From Pseudomonas phage JB8, in sequence record PQ473534.1: a DNA stretch of 47,273 nucleotides. One strand, written 5' to 3'. This document shows positions 9,181 to 19,106 of this stretch, in pieces. The notes below the pieces were generated by a model. That model ran no database searches. It had not been told where the DNA came from and saw only the letters and a program-made list of their open reading frames with translations. The translations under genes were made by a program, and so were the position numbers. How positions within the stretch are numbered: the stretch's first letter is position 1; each line of letters begins with the position of its first letter.

Positions 9181-9781
9181 ACTCCAGCAGTATATCCTGG
9201 ACGTCGCCGACCGAACGGATATTACTGCACCCTTGGTTGACAACTTCATCTTCCTCGCTGAGGCGCGCGCTAATCAGAAGCTGCGGGTTCCATCTATGGA
9301 AACCACGAAGATGATTTCAAGTGTCAACTCGCAACTTAAAATCCCATCGGACTTTCTTGCACTGCGCAGAATTACTAGTCCAGATGGGGACAAAGCTCAC
9401 ACTCTTCAATACGTTTCGTTTGATGACCTGATGACCATGCGTCATATGGTAGGTGGGAATCCTAATCCGGTGACGTTCTTTAGTCGCCAAGGACCATATT
9501 GGTATCTTGACCAGGACCTTCCTGATGGGACTAACTTCCTTACCTACTACTACAAGGTCATACCTCAACTTACTGGTCTCAACCAGGTGAACTGGCTGCT
9601 TGCCCTTTCTCCTGCTTCGTATATCTACGGTGCTTTGAAACACCTATACGAGTATGTGTTTGACCAGGATCGAGCAGCGTATTGGGAAGGTAAGTTCGAG
9701 CAAGAGCTTGATCTCATCCAGCAGATGTCCGACGCGGCTCAATACAGTGGAACCCTGCTGTCGGTAACGCCTAATCCCTAA
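9158..9781 (+). CDS. virion structural protein (207 aa), possible adaptor or tail tubular component
   Basis: ORF in the structural module. No recognisable motif. Confidence 0.45.
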   Translation: MAVTSYSELQQYILDVADRTDITAPLVDNFIFLAEARANQKLRVPSMETTKMISSVNSQLKIPSDFLALRRITSPDGDKAHTLQYVSFDDLMTMRHMVGGNPNPVTFFSRQGPYWYLDQDLPDGTNFLTYYYKVIPQLTGLNQVNWLLALSPASYIYGALKHLYEYVFDQDRAAYWEGKFEQELDLIQQMSDAAQYSGTLLSVTPNP

Positions 9782-9793
9782 GAGGTAACTGCT

Positions 9794-10849
9794 ATGTCCC
9801 ACGCGGGTTTCTATAGTGATCCGGTCCTGTCGAATAGCCAACTTGATGTGGACTTCGACTCTGGAACTACCGGGTCGATCGTCAAGCGACACCTCCAGGT
9901 CACTGTAGACCCGAGTGATGTCAGCGACCGAGTGGTTATCTCTCGGCGCGACGAATCTGTTTTTGTCTCTGAGAACAACCTGATCTCCGGTGGTGATCTT
10001 CGTTCTCATGACGACAAACTGACCCTATCCAGTTTTGGCTCGTTAATTAACGCTACGGCTCACTCTTCGAGGTTTAGTCTTGGCGGTAGTACGGTTGTAA
10101 CAACCCTTAATGGTTACACTGTAGCCCTTGAGGATATTGGTGTGACCAATACCGTGGATACACTCTACGGGTATAAGTTCGAGAACATGACTTCTGTTCC
10201 GAACCAATCCGGGATTGTAAAGAAGGTAGCCTTTGCTAACCTGGACCCGGAAGCTTCGATTGAGAACCATGGTTCTTACGAAGATGCGTTCGGTAACAAG
10301 ATGGCACCAGCCAACAGCCTTGGTTTAGTACCAGGAAGGTTGTATGGTCCTTTGTACTCGTCCAGTCAACATCTAGCTTTGCTGCAAGATAACTTGTATT
10401 TTGCCAGAGTGTACGTTCCGTACAACACCACGATTGATACTCTCCAAGTAAGAGTAACCGTTGCTGGTGCTTCTGGTGCTCAGATCCGGCTGGGGATCTA
10501 TAGGCTTCTCGATGGGAAGTTGTCTGGATCCATAGCTGATGGGATTACCTCTGCGGACACCGTTGGGGTCAAGACTGTAACTCTGAACACCGCCGTATCT
10601 TCTGGTAACTACATGTTGTGTGTTTCTTGTAGCGCCGGTTTGTCTATCATGGGTGGTACACCTACTGCTGACTCCTCGGTAGAGCTTGGAACCTCCAGCA
10701 TTCCTACCGATCAGTTCTATGCAGCTCCGGTATCTACCTTCTTGGCAGTTCCGTCTGTGTTCAACGACCCTTTGCCAAGTATCGATGACTATCCGGGAAT
10801 TGGAAACGGTTTCCCACTCCCCCTGATTTATTACACCGTAGGAGCATGA
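9794..10849 (+). CDS. virion structural / tail protein (351 aa)
   Basis: ORF in the structural module. Ser/Thr/Gly-rich, beta-like composition. Confidence 0.45.
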   Translation: MSHAGFYSDPVLSNSQLDVDFDSGTTGSIVKRHLQVTVDPSDVSDRVVISRRDESVFVSENNLISGGDLRSHDDKLTLSSFGSLINATAHSSRFSLGGSTVVTTLNGYTVALEDIGVTNTVDTLYGYKFENMTSVPNQSGIVKKVAFANLDPEASIENHGSYEDAFGNKMAPANSLGLVPGRLYGPLYSSSQHLALLQDNLYFARVYVPYNTTIDTLQVRVTVAGASGAQIRLGIYRLLDGKLSGSIADGITSADTVGVKTVTLNTAVSSGNYMLCVSCSAGLSIMGGTPTADSSVELGTSSIPTDQFYAAPVSTFLAVPSVFNDPLPSIDDYPGIGNGFPLPLIYYTVGA

Positions 10850-10850
10850 T

Positions 10851-11057
10851 ATGCCAGTAGTTATTCAATTCGTGGTCGGCCTCCTGGCATACATGTTCCC
10901 CTACGAGGTTCTGGCCAAGATTCTTGTGAAGATCGCGGAACGTATTGCCAAGGCAACCAAGTTTACTAACTTCGATGACGAAGTGGTCAACATCCTGAAA
11001 CAACGACTTGGGATGCCTGTTGAAGAGGTATCTAAGGATGAGTCCGATGCAAGTTAA
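10851..11057 (+). CDS. small single-TM membrane protein (68 aa), holin candidate
   Basis: Start overlaps the previous stop (TGAtATG). One hydrophobic helix, VVIQFVVGLLAYMFPY, then a charged C-terminus. Size and topology resemble the T7 gp17.5 holin. Confidence 0.4.
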   Translation: MPVVIQFVVGLLAYMFPYEVLAKILVKIAERIAKATKFTNFDDEVVNILKQRLGMPVEEVSKDESDAS

Positions 11058-11325
11058 TGACTGGCTGAAGAGCATCGTACCAAGCATCGTTGTTTCCATG
11101 ATCATCGGCGCTGGATCAACTTACGTTACGGTGTCTAACCAAGGGCAGCTCCTTGAACAACAAGGGGTACTCCTCAAGCAGACAAACGAGGCAGTGCAGA
11201 CCCTCTCTAGTACTGTAAGCGATCTAAAAAATACGGTGTCTATCTTTGGTGAACGGTACGTGACCCGTTCTGAACTCAAATCTGAACTGAAGGAATTGAA
11301 AGAGGAGATTAAGAATGGGTCTTGA
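11047..11325 (+). CDS. membrane-anchored coiled-coil protein (Rz/i-spanin-like architecture); start uncertain (11008/11038/11047)
   Basis: N-terminal TM SIVPSIVVSMIIGAGSTYVTV followed by a Gln/Leu/Glu-rich coiled coil. AAGGA RBS 8 nt before the ATG at 11047. Confidence 0.4.
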   Translation: MQVNDWLKSIVPSIVVSMIIGAGSTYVTVSNQGQLLEQQGVLLKQTNEAVQTLSSTVSDLKNTVSIFGERYVTRSELKSELKELKEEIKNGS

Positions 11326-11983
11326 GACAGCAACCTATATTAATGGGTTGGTGATTACGAACCCGGATGGTAATGATGGGAAGAGCCAAGGGGATGACCA
11401 CCTGAGGCTCGTTAAGAAGGTTCTCAAGAATACCTTCCCGAATATCACCGGAGCTGTTACCGCCACCCAAGACGACCTCAACAAGACCGCCATTGTAGGT
11501 AACTTCTGTTTCCCCGGAATGATCGTAGCTTGGTCTGGAGCCATTGGCTCTATCCCAGCGGGGTGGAAGATTTGCAATGGCATTGGGACTATCTCCACAG
11601 GGGCGCCCGTTCCTGATCTTCGAGGTAAGTTCCTGTGGGGGAGTGATGGTACTACACCCAACCCGATTGGTTTTGTGTCTGGTACGGCCAACATCAACCT
11701 CAGCGGTACGGTAAGTAACACTGCTCTGACTGTTGCCCAAATGCCGGCGCACAATCACATTCAAGGGTATGGTCGTAACCAAACCACTAGCGTAACCAGG
11801 TATGGTTTTGTTGAGACTGGGATCAGCACGGTAGAGGATGGATTTGGATTCCAGTCTATGTCCTTGGCCCCTCTTACCTCAACCACTGGTCAAGGTGAAC
11901 CGCACAACCACACGTTTACCGTGAATGCCCCCTTGGCGAATATGCCCCCGTTCTACACTGTGGCATATCTGATTAAGAACTAA
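11315..11983 (+). CDS. tail fiber protein with phage tail collar domain
   Basis: MIVAWSGAIGSIPAGWKICNG...PDLRGKF matches the tail-collar signature (W.G....IP.GW..C.G....PDLRGRF). Downstream MPAHNHIQGYG is also typical of this domain. Confidence 0.7.
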   Translation: MGLETATYINGLVITNPDGNDGKSQGDDHLRLVKKVLKNTFPNITGAVTATQDDLNKTAIVGNFCFPGMIVAWSGAIGSIPAGWKICNGIGTISTGAPVPDLRGKFLWGSDGTTPNPIGFVSGTANINLSGTVSNTALTVAQMPAHNHIQGYGRNQTTSVTRYGFVETGISTVEDGFGFQSMSLAPLTSTTGQGEPHNHTFTVNAPLANMPPFYTVAYLIKN

Positions 11984-11993
11984 GGAAACCCAT

Positions 11994-13535
11994 ATGGCTA
12001 ACCAGCGATTGGAACTTAAAAACCCAGTAGGCGTCAACAAAGCTCTGAACGCTGCCGATCTGCCTATGGATGTGTGGAGTGACGTACGGAACGTTCGATT
12101 CAAAGACGGGAAGTCGAGTAAAGCCCAAGGGTATGAACGGGTGTTCTCTTCTCTTCCTGCGGACGTTCTGTACCTTACTCCGTATCTGAACCAGAACACT
12201 CCATTCTGGATCGCATCCACCCCTACGAAGATTTATCGCACCGAGGGTGGTACACCTATCGATATCTCCAGGGCGGCCCCATACAATGCGGACGAGGATC
12301 ACTCTTGGGTGGGTGGGGTTCTCAACCAGGTTGTCTGCTTAACCAACGGCGTTGATATTCCCCAGGCCCTCCTGCCCAACGCAACCAACTTCCAGGACCT
12401 TCCGAACTGGCCCAACACACATAGGGCGAAGGTGATTCGTCCATACAAGAACTACCTCATTGCCCTCAACATAACCGCTAACTCTGTGGACCAAAACACT
12501 ACCGTTAAGTGGTCGTCCCCCGCTGACCCTGGCGAGGTCCCATTCACTTGGGATGTTAACGATCCAACGAGCGATGCAGGAGAAAACTTCCTCGCAGACA
12601 CTCCCGGAGCTATACTCGATGGGCGCAAGCTCAAAGACTCTTTCATCATCTACAAGGAAGACTCGGTATACTCCATGCGGTATATCGGTGGAACATTTGT
12701 GTTTCAGTTCCAGCAGCTCTTCGATGATATTGGTGTCTTGAGCCGTAACTGTGTGGCGGAATTCGACGCTAAGCATTTTGTCGTAGGGTTTGGTGATGTA
12801 TATGTCCATAATGGTGTCCAGAAGCAATCAATCATTGAAGGGGAAATGAAGGATTATCTGTTCAGCTCTATGAACCCTGAGGCTGTTCAAAGGACCTTCG
12901 TTGTTCCGGATTATGCTTCGTCTGAAATGTGGATTTGCTATAGCTCTTCTGCAAACGACACGAAGTACTGTGACAGGGCGATCATCTGGAATTGGCGTAA
13001 CAACAAGTGGACCATCCGGGATCTACCCCAAGTGTTCTATGGTACTTTCGGGATCGTTGATCCCCAAGACCCGGACAACTGGGATAGTGACCCTAACGCT
13101 TGGAACACGGATACTACCGTATGGGGTGACGCCAAGTACAACCCTGCCAAGATGAAGCTGGTGTTTACCAGCACACACAACGACAAGTGCTACCTGATCG
13201 GAGACACCTCACTGTTCGATGGGTCCTCTTTTGACTCCCGTCTAGAGAAGACTGACATCTACTTAGGTGATGATAAGAACATGAAGGTCGCCGTCTCGAT
13301 GACTCCCCACATGCAAGGAACCGGTGTGGCTCGAATCTCGATTGGTAGCGCTATGATTCAGAATGGACCAATCACCTGGAAAGGTCCGTATCTGTATAAC
13401 ATCGGGCAGCAACACAAGATCGACTTCCGTGTCCAGGGTAGATATCTTGCAGTTAAGTATGAGATTGATAGCTCGGGATCGTGGACCTTAAATGGGTTCA
13501 CCGTTGAGCTCGCCCCGAACGCCGGAGAAAAATAA
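11994..13535 (+). CDS. tail / virion structural protein (513 aa)
   Basis: Large ORF in the tail region. No decisive motif. Confidence 0.45.
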   Translation: MANQRLELKNPVGVNKALNAADLPMDVWSDVRNVRFKDGKSSKAQGYERVFSSLPADVLYLTPYLNQNTPFWIASTPTKIYRTEGGTPIDISRAAPYNADEDHSWVGGVLNQVVCLTNGVDIPQALLPNATNFQDLPNWPNTHRAKVIRPYKNYLIALNITANSVDQNTTVKWSSPADPGEVPFTWDVNDPTSDAGENFLADTPGAILDGRKLKDSFIIYKEDSVYSMRYIGGTFVFQFQQLFDDIGVLSRNCVAEFDAKHFVVGFGDVYVHNGVQKQSIIEGEMKDYLFSSMNPEAVQRTFVVPDYASSEMWICYSSSANDTKYCDRAIIWNWRNNKWTIRDLPQVFYGTFGIVDPQDPDNWDSDPNAWNTDTTVWGDAKYNPAKMKLVFTSTHNDKCYLIGDTSLFDGSSFDSRLEKTDIYLGDDKNMKVAVSMTPHMQGTGVARISIGSAMIQNGPITWKGPYLYNIGQQHKIDFRVQGRYLAVKYEIDSSGSWTLNGFTVELAPNAGEK

Positions 13536-14404
13536 TGGCGATCTACTCGATCCCTCTTGTTAATGGAACCACGGTGGTCTCTACTTCTCTACCTGAGGAT
13601 AGAGACCTTCCGTATCATCAGTTGGGGTTGACATTCACGTCAGCCCCGTTATCTGGACGGATGACTGTAGAATACCAGATGGAGGGTGATCCCACCTGGT
13701 TGAAGATTCCAGAAGCAAACCAACTCAAGCTTGTAGAGACTTCAACAGCGACTTTTTATGCTAGAGCAGTTTCATACAGATTCACCATAAGTGATGTTTC
13801 TGGTGGTTCAGGACTGAAAGTCGTTCTCAAAAACATGAAGGAGTGGCCTGGAGATTTAAACCCTTCTGGGTTGTATGTTGGACTTAGGGCTGTAACTCAG
13901 CAGAACTATACCGAGGCAAATGTTAAAAACGGTGTTCAATACGAAGCCTCCTCCCTTGTGTCTGCTCTTGCTGCTGGCTCATCTAGTAACGTAGTTTTCA
14001 CTACGGGTAATTTTCCTATCGTTGTTAAGGCGAGACAAGTAACATTCAATGGTACTAGTCTAAGAGCTAACGTATACAGAAGCCCGGTGTTTACAGGAGG
14101 CACCCCAGCTCCTTATTTCAACCTCAATGATATCAATCCAGTCACTGGCGGTGTTACAATATTAGTAGGAGCTACAATAACTAACCCAGGTGTCGAATTT
14201 GGCGCCCCCACATACATGCTAGGAAGCACTGGCGGGGTAGGGCAATCTGTTGTTAGTACCTTTACTGTAACCGGACAAGAAAGGGTTCTTAGGCCCAACA
14301 CAACCTACGTGCTTCAACTTACAAACACCTCAGCGGAAGCTCAAGACATTGTTTCCTACTTGTCTTGGTATGAGGGTGGGACGGATCTTCCGAGGAATAA
14401 CTAA
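13535..14404 (+). CDS. virion structural protein (289 aa)
   Basis: ORF. ATG overlaps the previous stop (TAATGG). Confidence 0.45.
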   Translation: MAIYSIPLVNGTTVVSTSLPEDRDLPYHQLGLTFTSAPLSGRMTVEYQMEGDPTWLKIPEANQLKLVETSTATFYARAVSYRFTISDVSGGSGLKVVLKNMKEWPGDLNPSGLYVGLRAVTQQNYTEANVKNGVQYEASSLVSALAAGSSSNVVFTTGNFPIVVKARQVTFNGTSLRANVYRSPVFTGGTPAPYFNLNDINPVTGGVTILVGATITNPGVEFGAPTYMLGSTGGVGQSVVSTFTVTGQERVLRPNTTYVLQLTNTSAEAQDIVSYLSWYEGGTDLPRNN

Positions 14405-15843
14405 TGACCCAGTATGCGCCAGCGATTCCACCTGTAGATCAGGACAACCTCCTGCCCTACCTTAACGACGAGTTTGTCAGGGTGGCCCAGTCTCTCAACA
14501 ACCTGGATGCTGGCCTGTGGACTATTAACTACGTTCTCCCATCTAAGTTGAAACCGGGGTTGGTGAAGTACTTCGATGGTACTAACGCTGACCCCCTTAT
14601 GACTGGAAAAGAGGGTATCTACTACTACGGGCTTGACAGCAACTGGCACTTCCTTGGAATCCCTGGAAGTGGCACCAGCGTTGTTAATTCTGTTAATGGT
14701 CAAACTGGGGATGTGGTTCTAGATTATTCGGACGTTGGTGCTGACCCTGCTGGTACTGCTGCCACTGCGATCACTAACCACGAGGCCGCATCTGATCCCC
14801 ACCCTCAGTATGCCCTAGAGGCTAACCTCGCCACTGTGGCAACCACAGGTGCCTTCTCGGACCTGGTTGGAGTTCCTACTCTGGTTCGGTCCGTGGTTGC
14901 CGGATCCAATGTTACAGTAGATAACACTGATCCTCTCAACCCGGTGGTCAGCGCTACGGTTCCTCCTAGTGGCGTGGAGTCGGTAGTAGCTGGGACCAAT
15001 ATTACTGTTGATAATACAGACCCAGCCAATCCAATAGTCAAATCTAGTCTGTTAACCAGAAGTCCAGGTGGTGTTGATCTACCTACTGAGTTTATCTGGT
15101 TTACAGGGAGTGGTTTGAACTATAGCTCTTTTGGTAACAGCGTAATCCTGACGGTGAATGCTGACGGTGTGTATAGGAGTTTCATTGATGGTTTGGAAAT
15201 GGAGTATGTAAGCAGCAGCTCCATTAAGGTTAAGACCGGCTCTGCTTGGATCTTGAACGGTGATTCCACTGTAAACCTAACCTCAGACGCAACTTTGAGC
15301 AGCTTGGCTCCAGCAGCCGGAACCTTTCTTCACATCTATGTGAACAAAGACATTTCCACTAACCTGCTGCTTGCTAGCTCTTCGACGCTGAGTCCCAACC
15401 CTCCGTACTTTGCCAATGCTAGGGCCCGATCCAACAACACTGGCTTCCGGTATGTAGGTAGCATTCTAGGTGGAACTGGCAGCGTGGTTCAACCATTCTA
15501 CCAGACGTACAACAAAATCTTCTACACCTTCAACAGTGGTGCCTCCCCCCTGAGGATTCTCAGTGGTGGGACGGCGACTACCTATACTAACGTCTCTACC
15601 TCGGCTGTTGCTCCTCTAACGGCTAAGGTCTTGGTTGCAAACGTTAGGAATAGTGGTACTGCCAACGCCTACCTAAGACCTACGATGGGAACCTGGTCGG
15701 CGGGTGTAGGGATGTTCACGTTGAGTGCTGGAGACGACAGAGAGGTACACATTCCTCTGGATGGAAACCAAACGATTGCCTACATGGTAGATGTGGGCGG
15801 TAGCTTAACCATCGACGTGATCGGCTATGAGTTCGCACGTTGA
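14404..15843 (+). CDS. tail fiber / tail spike protein (479 aa)
   Basis: Internal near-tandem protein repeats VVAGSNVTVDNTDPLNPVV / VVAGTNITVDNTDPANPIV. Ser/Thr/Gly/Asn-rich, beta-fibre-like composition. Confidence 0.55.
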   Translation: MTQYAPAIPPVDQDNLLPYLNDEFVRVAQSLNNLDAGLWTINYVLPSKLKPGLVKYFDGTNADPLMTGKEGIYYYGLDSNWHFLGIPGSGTSVVNSVNGQTGDVVLDYSDVGADPAGTAATAITNHEAASDPHPQYALEANLATVATTGAFSDLVGVPTLVRSVVAGSNVTVDNTDPLNPVVSATVPPSGVESVVAGTNITVDNTDPANPIVKSSLLTRSPGGVDLPTEFIWFTGSGLNYSSFGNSVILTVNADGVYRSFIDGLEMEYVSSSSIKVKTGSAWILNGDSTVNLTSDATLSSLAPAAGTFLHIYVNKDISTNLLLASSSTLSPNPPYFANARARSNNTGFRYVGSILGGTGSVVQPFYQTYNKIFYTFNSGASPLRILSGGTATTYTNVSTSAVAPLTAKVLVANVRNSGTANAYLRPTMGTWSAGVGMFTLSAGDDREVHIPLDGNQTIAYMVDVGGSLTIDVIGYEFAR

Positions 15844-15898
15844 CATACAGCCATTTTGTATGGTAAACTAAACTTATAGTGTCCGAGGGGAGATAATC

Positions 15899-16330
15899 AT
15901 GGTTTATCTATTGAACCCTAGTGCGATTGAGGGGTGGTGGCCCATGGTTGCTCCCCTCCTGGAGAAAGTCTGGCTCAAGACACCTACCGGTATCCACGAG
16001 ACCATTGAGGATTTAATCCAGGATCTTGCAGTAGGTTTGAGCTACTGCTTTGTCGATGAAGACAAGAGGTTCGCAGGTGTGTTCACTGTGAACGAAGGTC
16101 GTCATCAGAAATACCTTATGTTGTATACCGCCGGAGGTGAAGCCCCAGCGGGTGGTTGGGAGGAAGTTGATTCCTTCCTAGAACAGATGGCTGAGGTCTT
16201 CGGTTGCTCCTGCATCCAAGTCCAAGGTCGACTAGGGTGGAAAAGAGAACTTCAACCACTCGGGTATAACTTCGATTACGTCACTTTGACGAAGGAGGCT
16301 TCCCATGTCGGGCGGAAACAAGGGGAGTAA
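15899..16330 (+). CDS. hypothetical protein (143 aa)
   Basis: ORF after a 55-nt gap that contains a weak promoter-like TTGACA-N18-TAAACT. Confidence 0.45.
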   Translation: MVYLLNPSAIEGWWPMVAPLLEKVWLKTPTGIHETIEDLIQDLAVGLSYCFVDEDKRFAGVFTVNEGRHQKYLMLYTAGGEAPAGGWEEVDSFLEQMAEVFGCSCIQVQGRLGWKRELQPLGYNFDYVTLTKEASHVGRKQGE

Positions 16331-17165
16331 ATCTACTTCCACCAGCACCCCGCATCAACAAGCCCAATACAACAGACTGTTGGGGGCTGCTGATAAGTGG
16401 CTTAACACTGGTGGTTTCGATCCTGTCTATGCAGGCGGGATGGATACTGTAGCCGATCTCACCCCTGAACAACAGGCCGCTCTTGGCAGTAAAGCTGCTC
16501 TTGGTGGTGAGCTTGGTAGTATCTACGGCACCGGTGGTGTTGAATCCCTACAGAACTTCCTTGGTGGATATGATCCCAGCAAGACAGGTCTAAGCTCTGC
16601 AATTGATGCAGCTAACCAACGATTGGATTGGAACTACGGAACTACTGTTGCTCCTACCATCCGTCAAGGTGCGACTGGTGCAGGTCAGTATGGTTCCACT
16701 CGGCATGGTGTAGCCGAAGGTATCGCCCAAGCAAACCTTGGGACTGCCAAAGCCAATGCTGCTGCTGATCTAGCCTATCGTGACCAGCAAGCTTTCAACC
16801 AGAATCAGCTCTCTGCGTTGCAGAACCTGTCGGCTATCTCCAAGGGTCTTGGCTCTGGGACTGACATGCAGTACAACGCAGGCGCTCTCCAGCAGAAACA
16901 AAACCAGTTGGAGATCCAGGGTCAACTTGATAAGTGGGCCTATGAGAACAACGTGGACCTCAACACCCTCCTGGCATACAAACAACTGGTATCCGGGGAT
17001 ATGGGTGGAGTCACTACGTCTAAGACCTCTGGTGGAGGTGGTGGTGGCTTTGGTTCTGCATTGGGCGCTATTGGTGGTGCTGCCCTTGGTGGTATGTTTG
17101 GTGGAGTCGGTGGTGCTTCCTTTGGTAGCAGCCTCGGTGGTCAGGTGGGGGGCTTGCTGGGATGA
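16305..17165 (+). CDS. Gly-rich internal virion / ejection protein (286 aa)
   Basis: AGGAGG RBS. C-terminal GGGGGGFGSALGAIGGAALGGMFGGVGG glycine-zipper-like tail. Confidence 0.5.
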   Translation: MSGGNKGSKSTSTSTPHQQAQYNRLLGAADKWLNTGGFDPVYAGGMDTVADLTPEQQAALGSKAALGGELGSIYGTGGVESLQNFLGGYDPSKTGLSSAIDAANQRLDWNYGTTVAPTIRQGATGAGQYGSTRHGVAEGIAQANLGTAKANAAADLAYRDQQAFNQNQLSALQNLSAISKGLGSGTDMQYNAGALQQKQNQLEIQGQLDKWAYENNVDLNTLLAYKQLVSGDMGGVTTSKTSGGGGGGFGSALGAIGGAALGGMFGGVGGASFGSSLGGQVGGLLG

Positions 17166-17533
17166 TGAATATCCTTAACAAGCTCCTCTCTGCGGGCTCT
17201 ACTACCCAAGCGGTTCCCACAGACATGTCTCAGATTAAGGTCCCTCAACAACCTGTGGACCTTTCTTCTGTTCAGACTGCCGCAGGGTCTCAAGTATCCA
17301 TGCCCACTCAATCCAGCAACCCGCTTATGCAAGGGCTCATGAACGCCATGGTAGTCGGTGGGGTAAATGCCCTGGGTAATATGCATGGAAAGCCCCAACA
17401 GGCTACTCAAGCTACAATGTATCGTGGAGGAGGCGGCTACTCTGGTGATCAACCGAGTGCTGACCAATTCTCCAATGCCCGTATGAGCAACTTGCAGAAG
17501 TTCGCCAAGATGGGACTTATGAGTCAACAGTGA
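17162..17533 (+). CDS. hypothetical virion protein (123 aa)
   Basis: Start codon overlaps the previous stop (ATGATG). Gln/Ser/Met-rich. Confidence 0.4.
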   Translation: MMNILNKLLSAGSTTQAVPTDMSQIKVPQQPVDLSSVQTAAGSQVSMPTQSSNPLMQGLMNAMVVGGVNALGNMHGKPQQATQATMYRGGGGYSGDQPSADQFSNARMSNLQKFAKMGLMSQQ

Positions 17534-17541
17534 GGTGAGAC

Positions 17542-19098
17542 ATGGCTGGACTTTTTGATTGGGGCATGTGGATGGGTCCCAACCTGACTCCACAAGAGAG
17601 CAAGGCTCTGGCTACCGCCGGTAGTCGGGCACTAGCAAGTGGAGCTACAGGTGCAGTGACTGCCCCCCTCGAAGGGGAGTTCATTCCGAGGGGTAATCCT
17701 GTCCAGCCTGCTGGTCGTGTGGCTGGTCTGCTTGGGGTAGATGCCATCCCAGGTGAGCGCCCCCCGGTTACTACCCAAGCTGCTTCCGCAGGTGCTCGTG
17801 GAGCCGCAGGTGCAGCACCAGGTGGTAGCAACATCGTTCCTCGCAATATGCAACAAGTTGGTCCCGGCATGAAGGAAGTCTTCGGTGAGCGTGTACCGAA
17901 TGCTCGCCTTGCAGGACCAGCAGCATCTACCGTAGCAGAAGCCGCAGGTGCAGGTGGCCGTGGACTGTTGGGTAAAGCTCTTGGTGTCCTTGGTGGTCCT
18001 GTCACTGGTGTTATCGCAGGTGTCGCTGACCCAGGTGTTCTCGGTAATAGTGAGCTGACCCCGGAACAAATCGTTCAACTCTATCCTGAACGTGGTGGTC
18101 CTTCTGACAATGAGTTCACTGCTCGGAGGTTCTCCGGTGGTGGATCTGGTCGTGCAGGTGGTGGAGCCACCGGGTCTTGGGGTGATGAACCTCAGGCACC
18201 GTCTCCCGAGGTTGCCCAGGCAGCCGCCCAAGAGCGCGCACGACAAGTAGAAAGCACCCGCCAGGTGGTAGAGCAAGGGGCTAAGGATCAGCTCGCTGCT
18301 GGAGCTGTTAGTCGTCCTCAGTTGGCACAAGCTGTAGTTGAAGCCGATATCCAGCGCAGTGGTGAGAAGGTAACTCCAGACGAAATGAAGAAGCGAGTGG
18401 CTGAGGAATCAGTCGCCATGAAGAGTATGGATAACAACGAACTATCCAAATATGTCTCTTACGCTTTGATCGCTGGTGGTCTTCTGGCATCTGCCTTCGA
18501 CAAGAGTGGTGAGGCTGGTCGAGCTTTCGCTGGTAGCTTCAACGCTCAGTTGGATCGTCAGTCTAAGGAACGTCTTCTGAAGGCTCAACAAGACGCCCAG
18601 GCTGCCATCGCTGCTCGTAAGGATGAAACTACCCGTCGAGGCCAGGACATTACCCTCCTGGATGTTAAATCCAAAGTCCAAGATCGTACCGCAGGGCAAG
18701 AGATTGCTCGTGGTGGTCTACAGATCAAGGAGGCTTTGGCCGGTGGTCAACTCAGTCGGTGGGAAGCCCAGAGTGCTAACGATGCTGCTCGCTTGGCTGC
18801 ATACCGTGATCGTACGGCTGCACAAGCCGCCAAAGGCAACACCTCCAAGTTGAAGGTGCCTGAGCTGTCGACAAAAGATGCAACTGAATTGGTTTCGGCG
18901 TATAATGAAGCTAAGGGGTTGAATGTTGATAAACGCGCTGTGCCGGTTATTGCAGATCGTTACCGTGTGCTTCGTCAGCAGAACCCGGACCTGACTCCGG
19001 ATCAACTCATGGAAGCAACCATGCGTACCCTGAACCTGAACAAGGAAGATACCGCCTGGTATCAATCGGGTGATATGCGGGTAACCATCCCTAAGTGA
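17542..19098 (+). CDS. internal virion / ejection protein (518 aa), Ala/Gly-rich
   Basis: Large ORF with very high local GC driven by Ala/Gly content. Position before the largest virion protein. Confidence 0.5.
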   Translation: MAGLFDWGMWMGPNLTPQESKALATAGSRALASGATGAVTAPLEGEFIPRGNPVQPAGRVAGLLGVDAIPGERPPVTTQAASAGARGAAGAAPGGSNIVPRNMQQVGPGMKEVFGERVPNARLAGPAASTVAEAAGAGGRGLLGKALGVLGGPVTGVIAGVADPGVLGNSELTPEQIVQLYPERGGPSDNEFTARRFSGGGSGRAGGGATGSWGDEPQAPSPEVAQAAAQERARQVESTRQVVEQGAKDQLAAGAVSRPQLAQAVVEADIQRSGEKVTPDEMKKRVAEESVAMKSMDNNELSKYVSYALIAGGLLASAFDKSGEAGRAFAGSFNAQLDRQSKERLLKAQQDAQAAIAARKDETTRRGQDITLLDVKSKVQDRTAGQEIARGGLQIKEALAGGQLSRWEAQSANDAARLAAYRDRTAAQAAKGNTSKLKVPELSTKDATELVSAYNEAKGLNVDKRAVPVIADRYRVLRQQNPDLTPDQLMEATMRTLNLNKEDTAWYQSGDMRVTIPK

Positions 19099-19106
19099 GG
19101 TAACTA

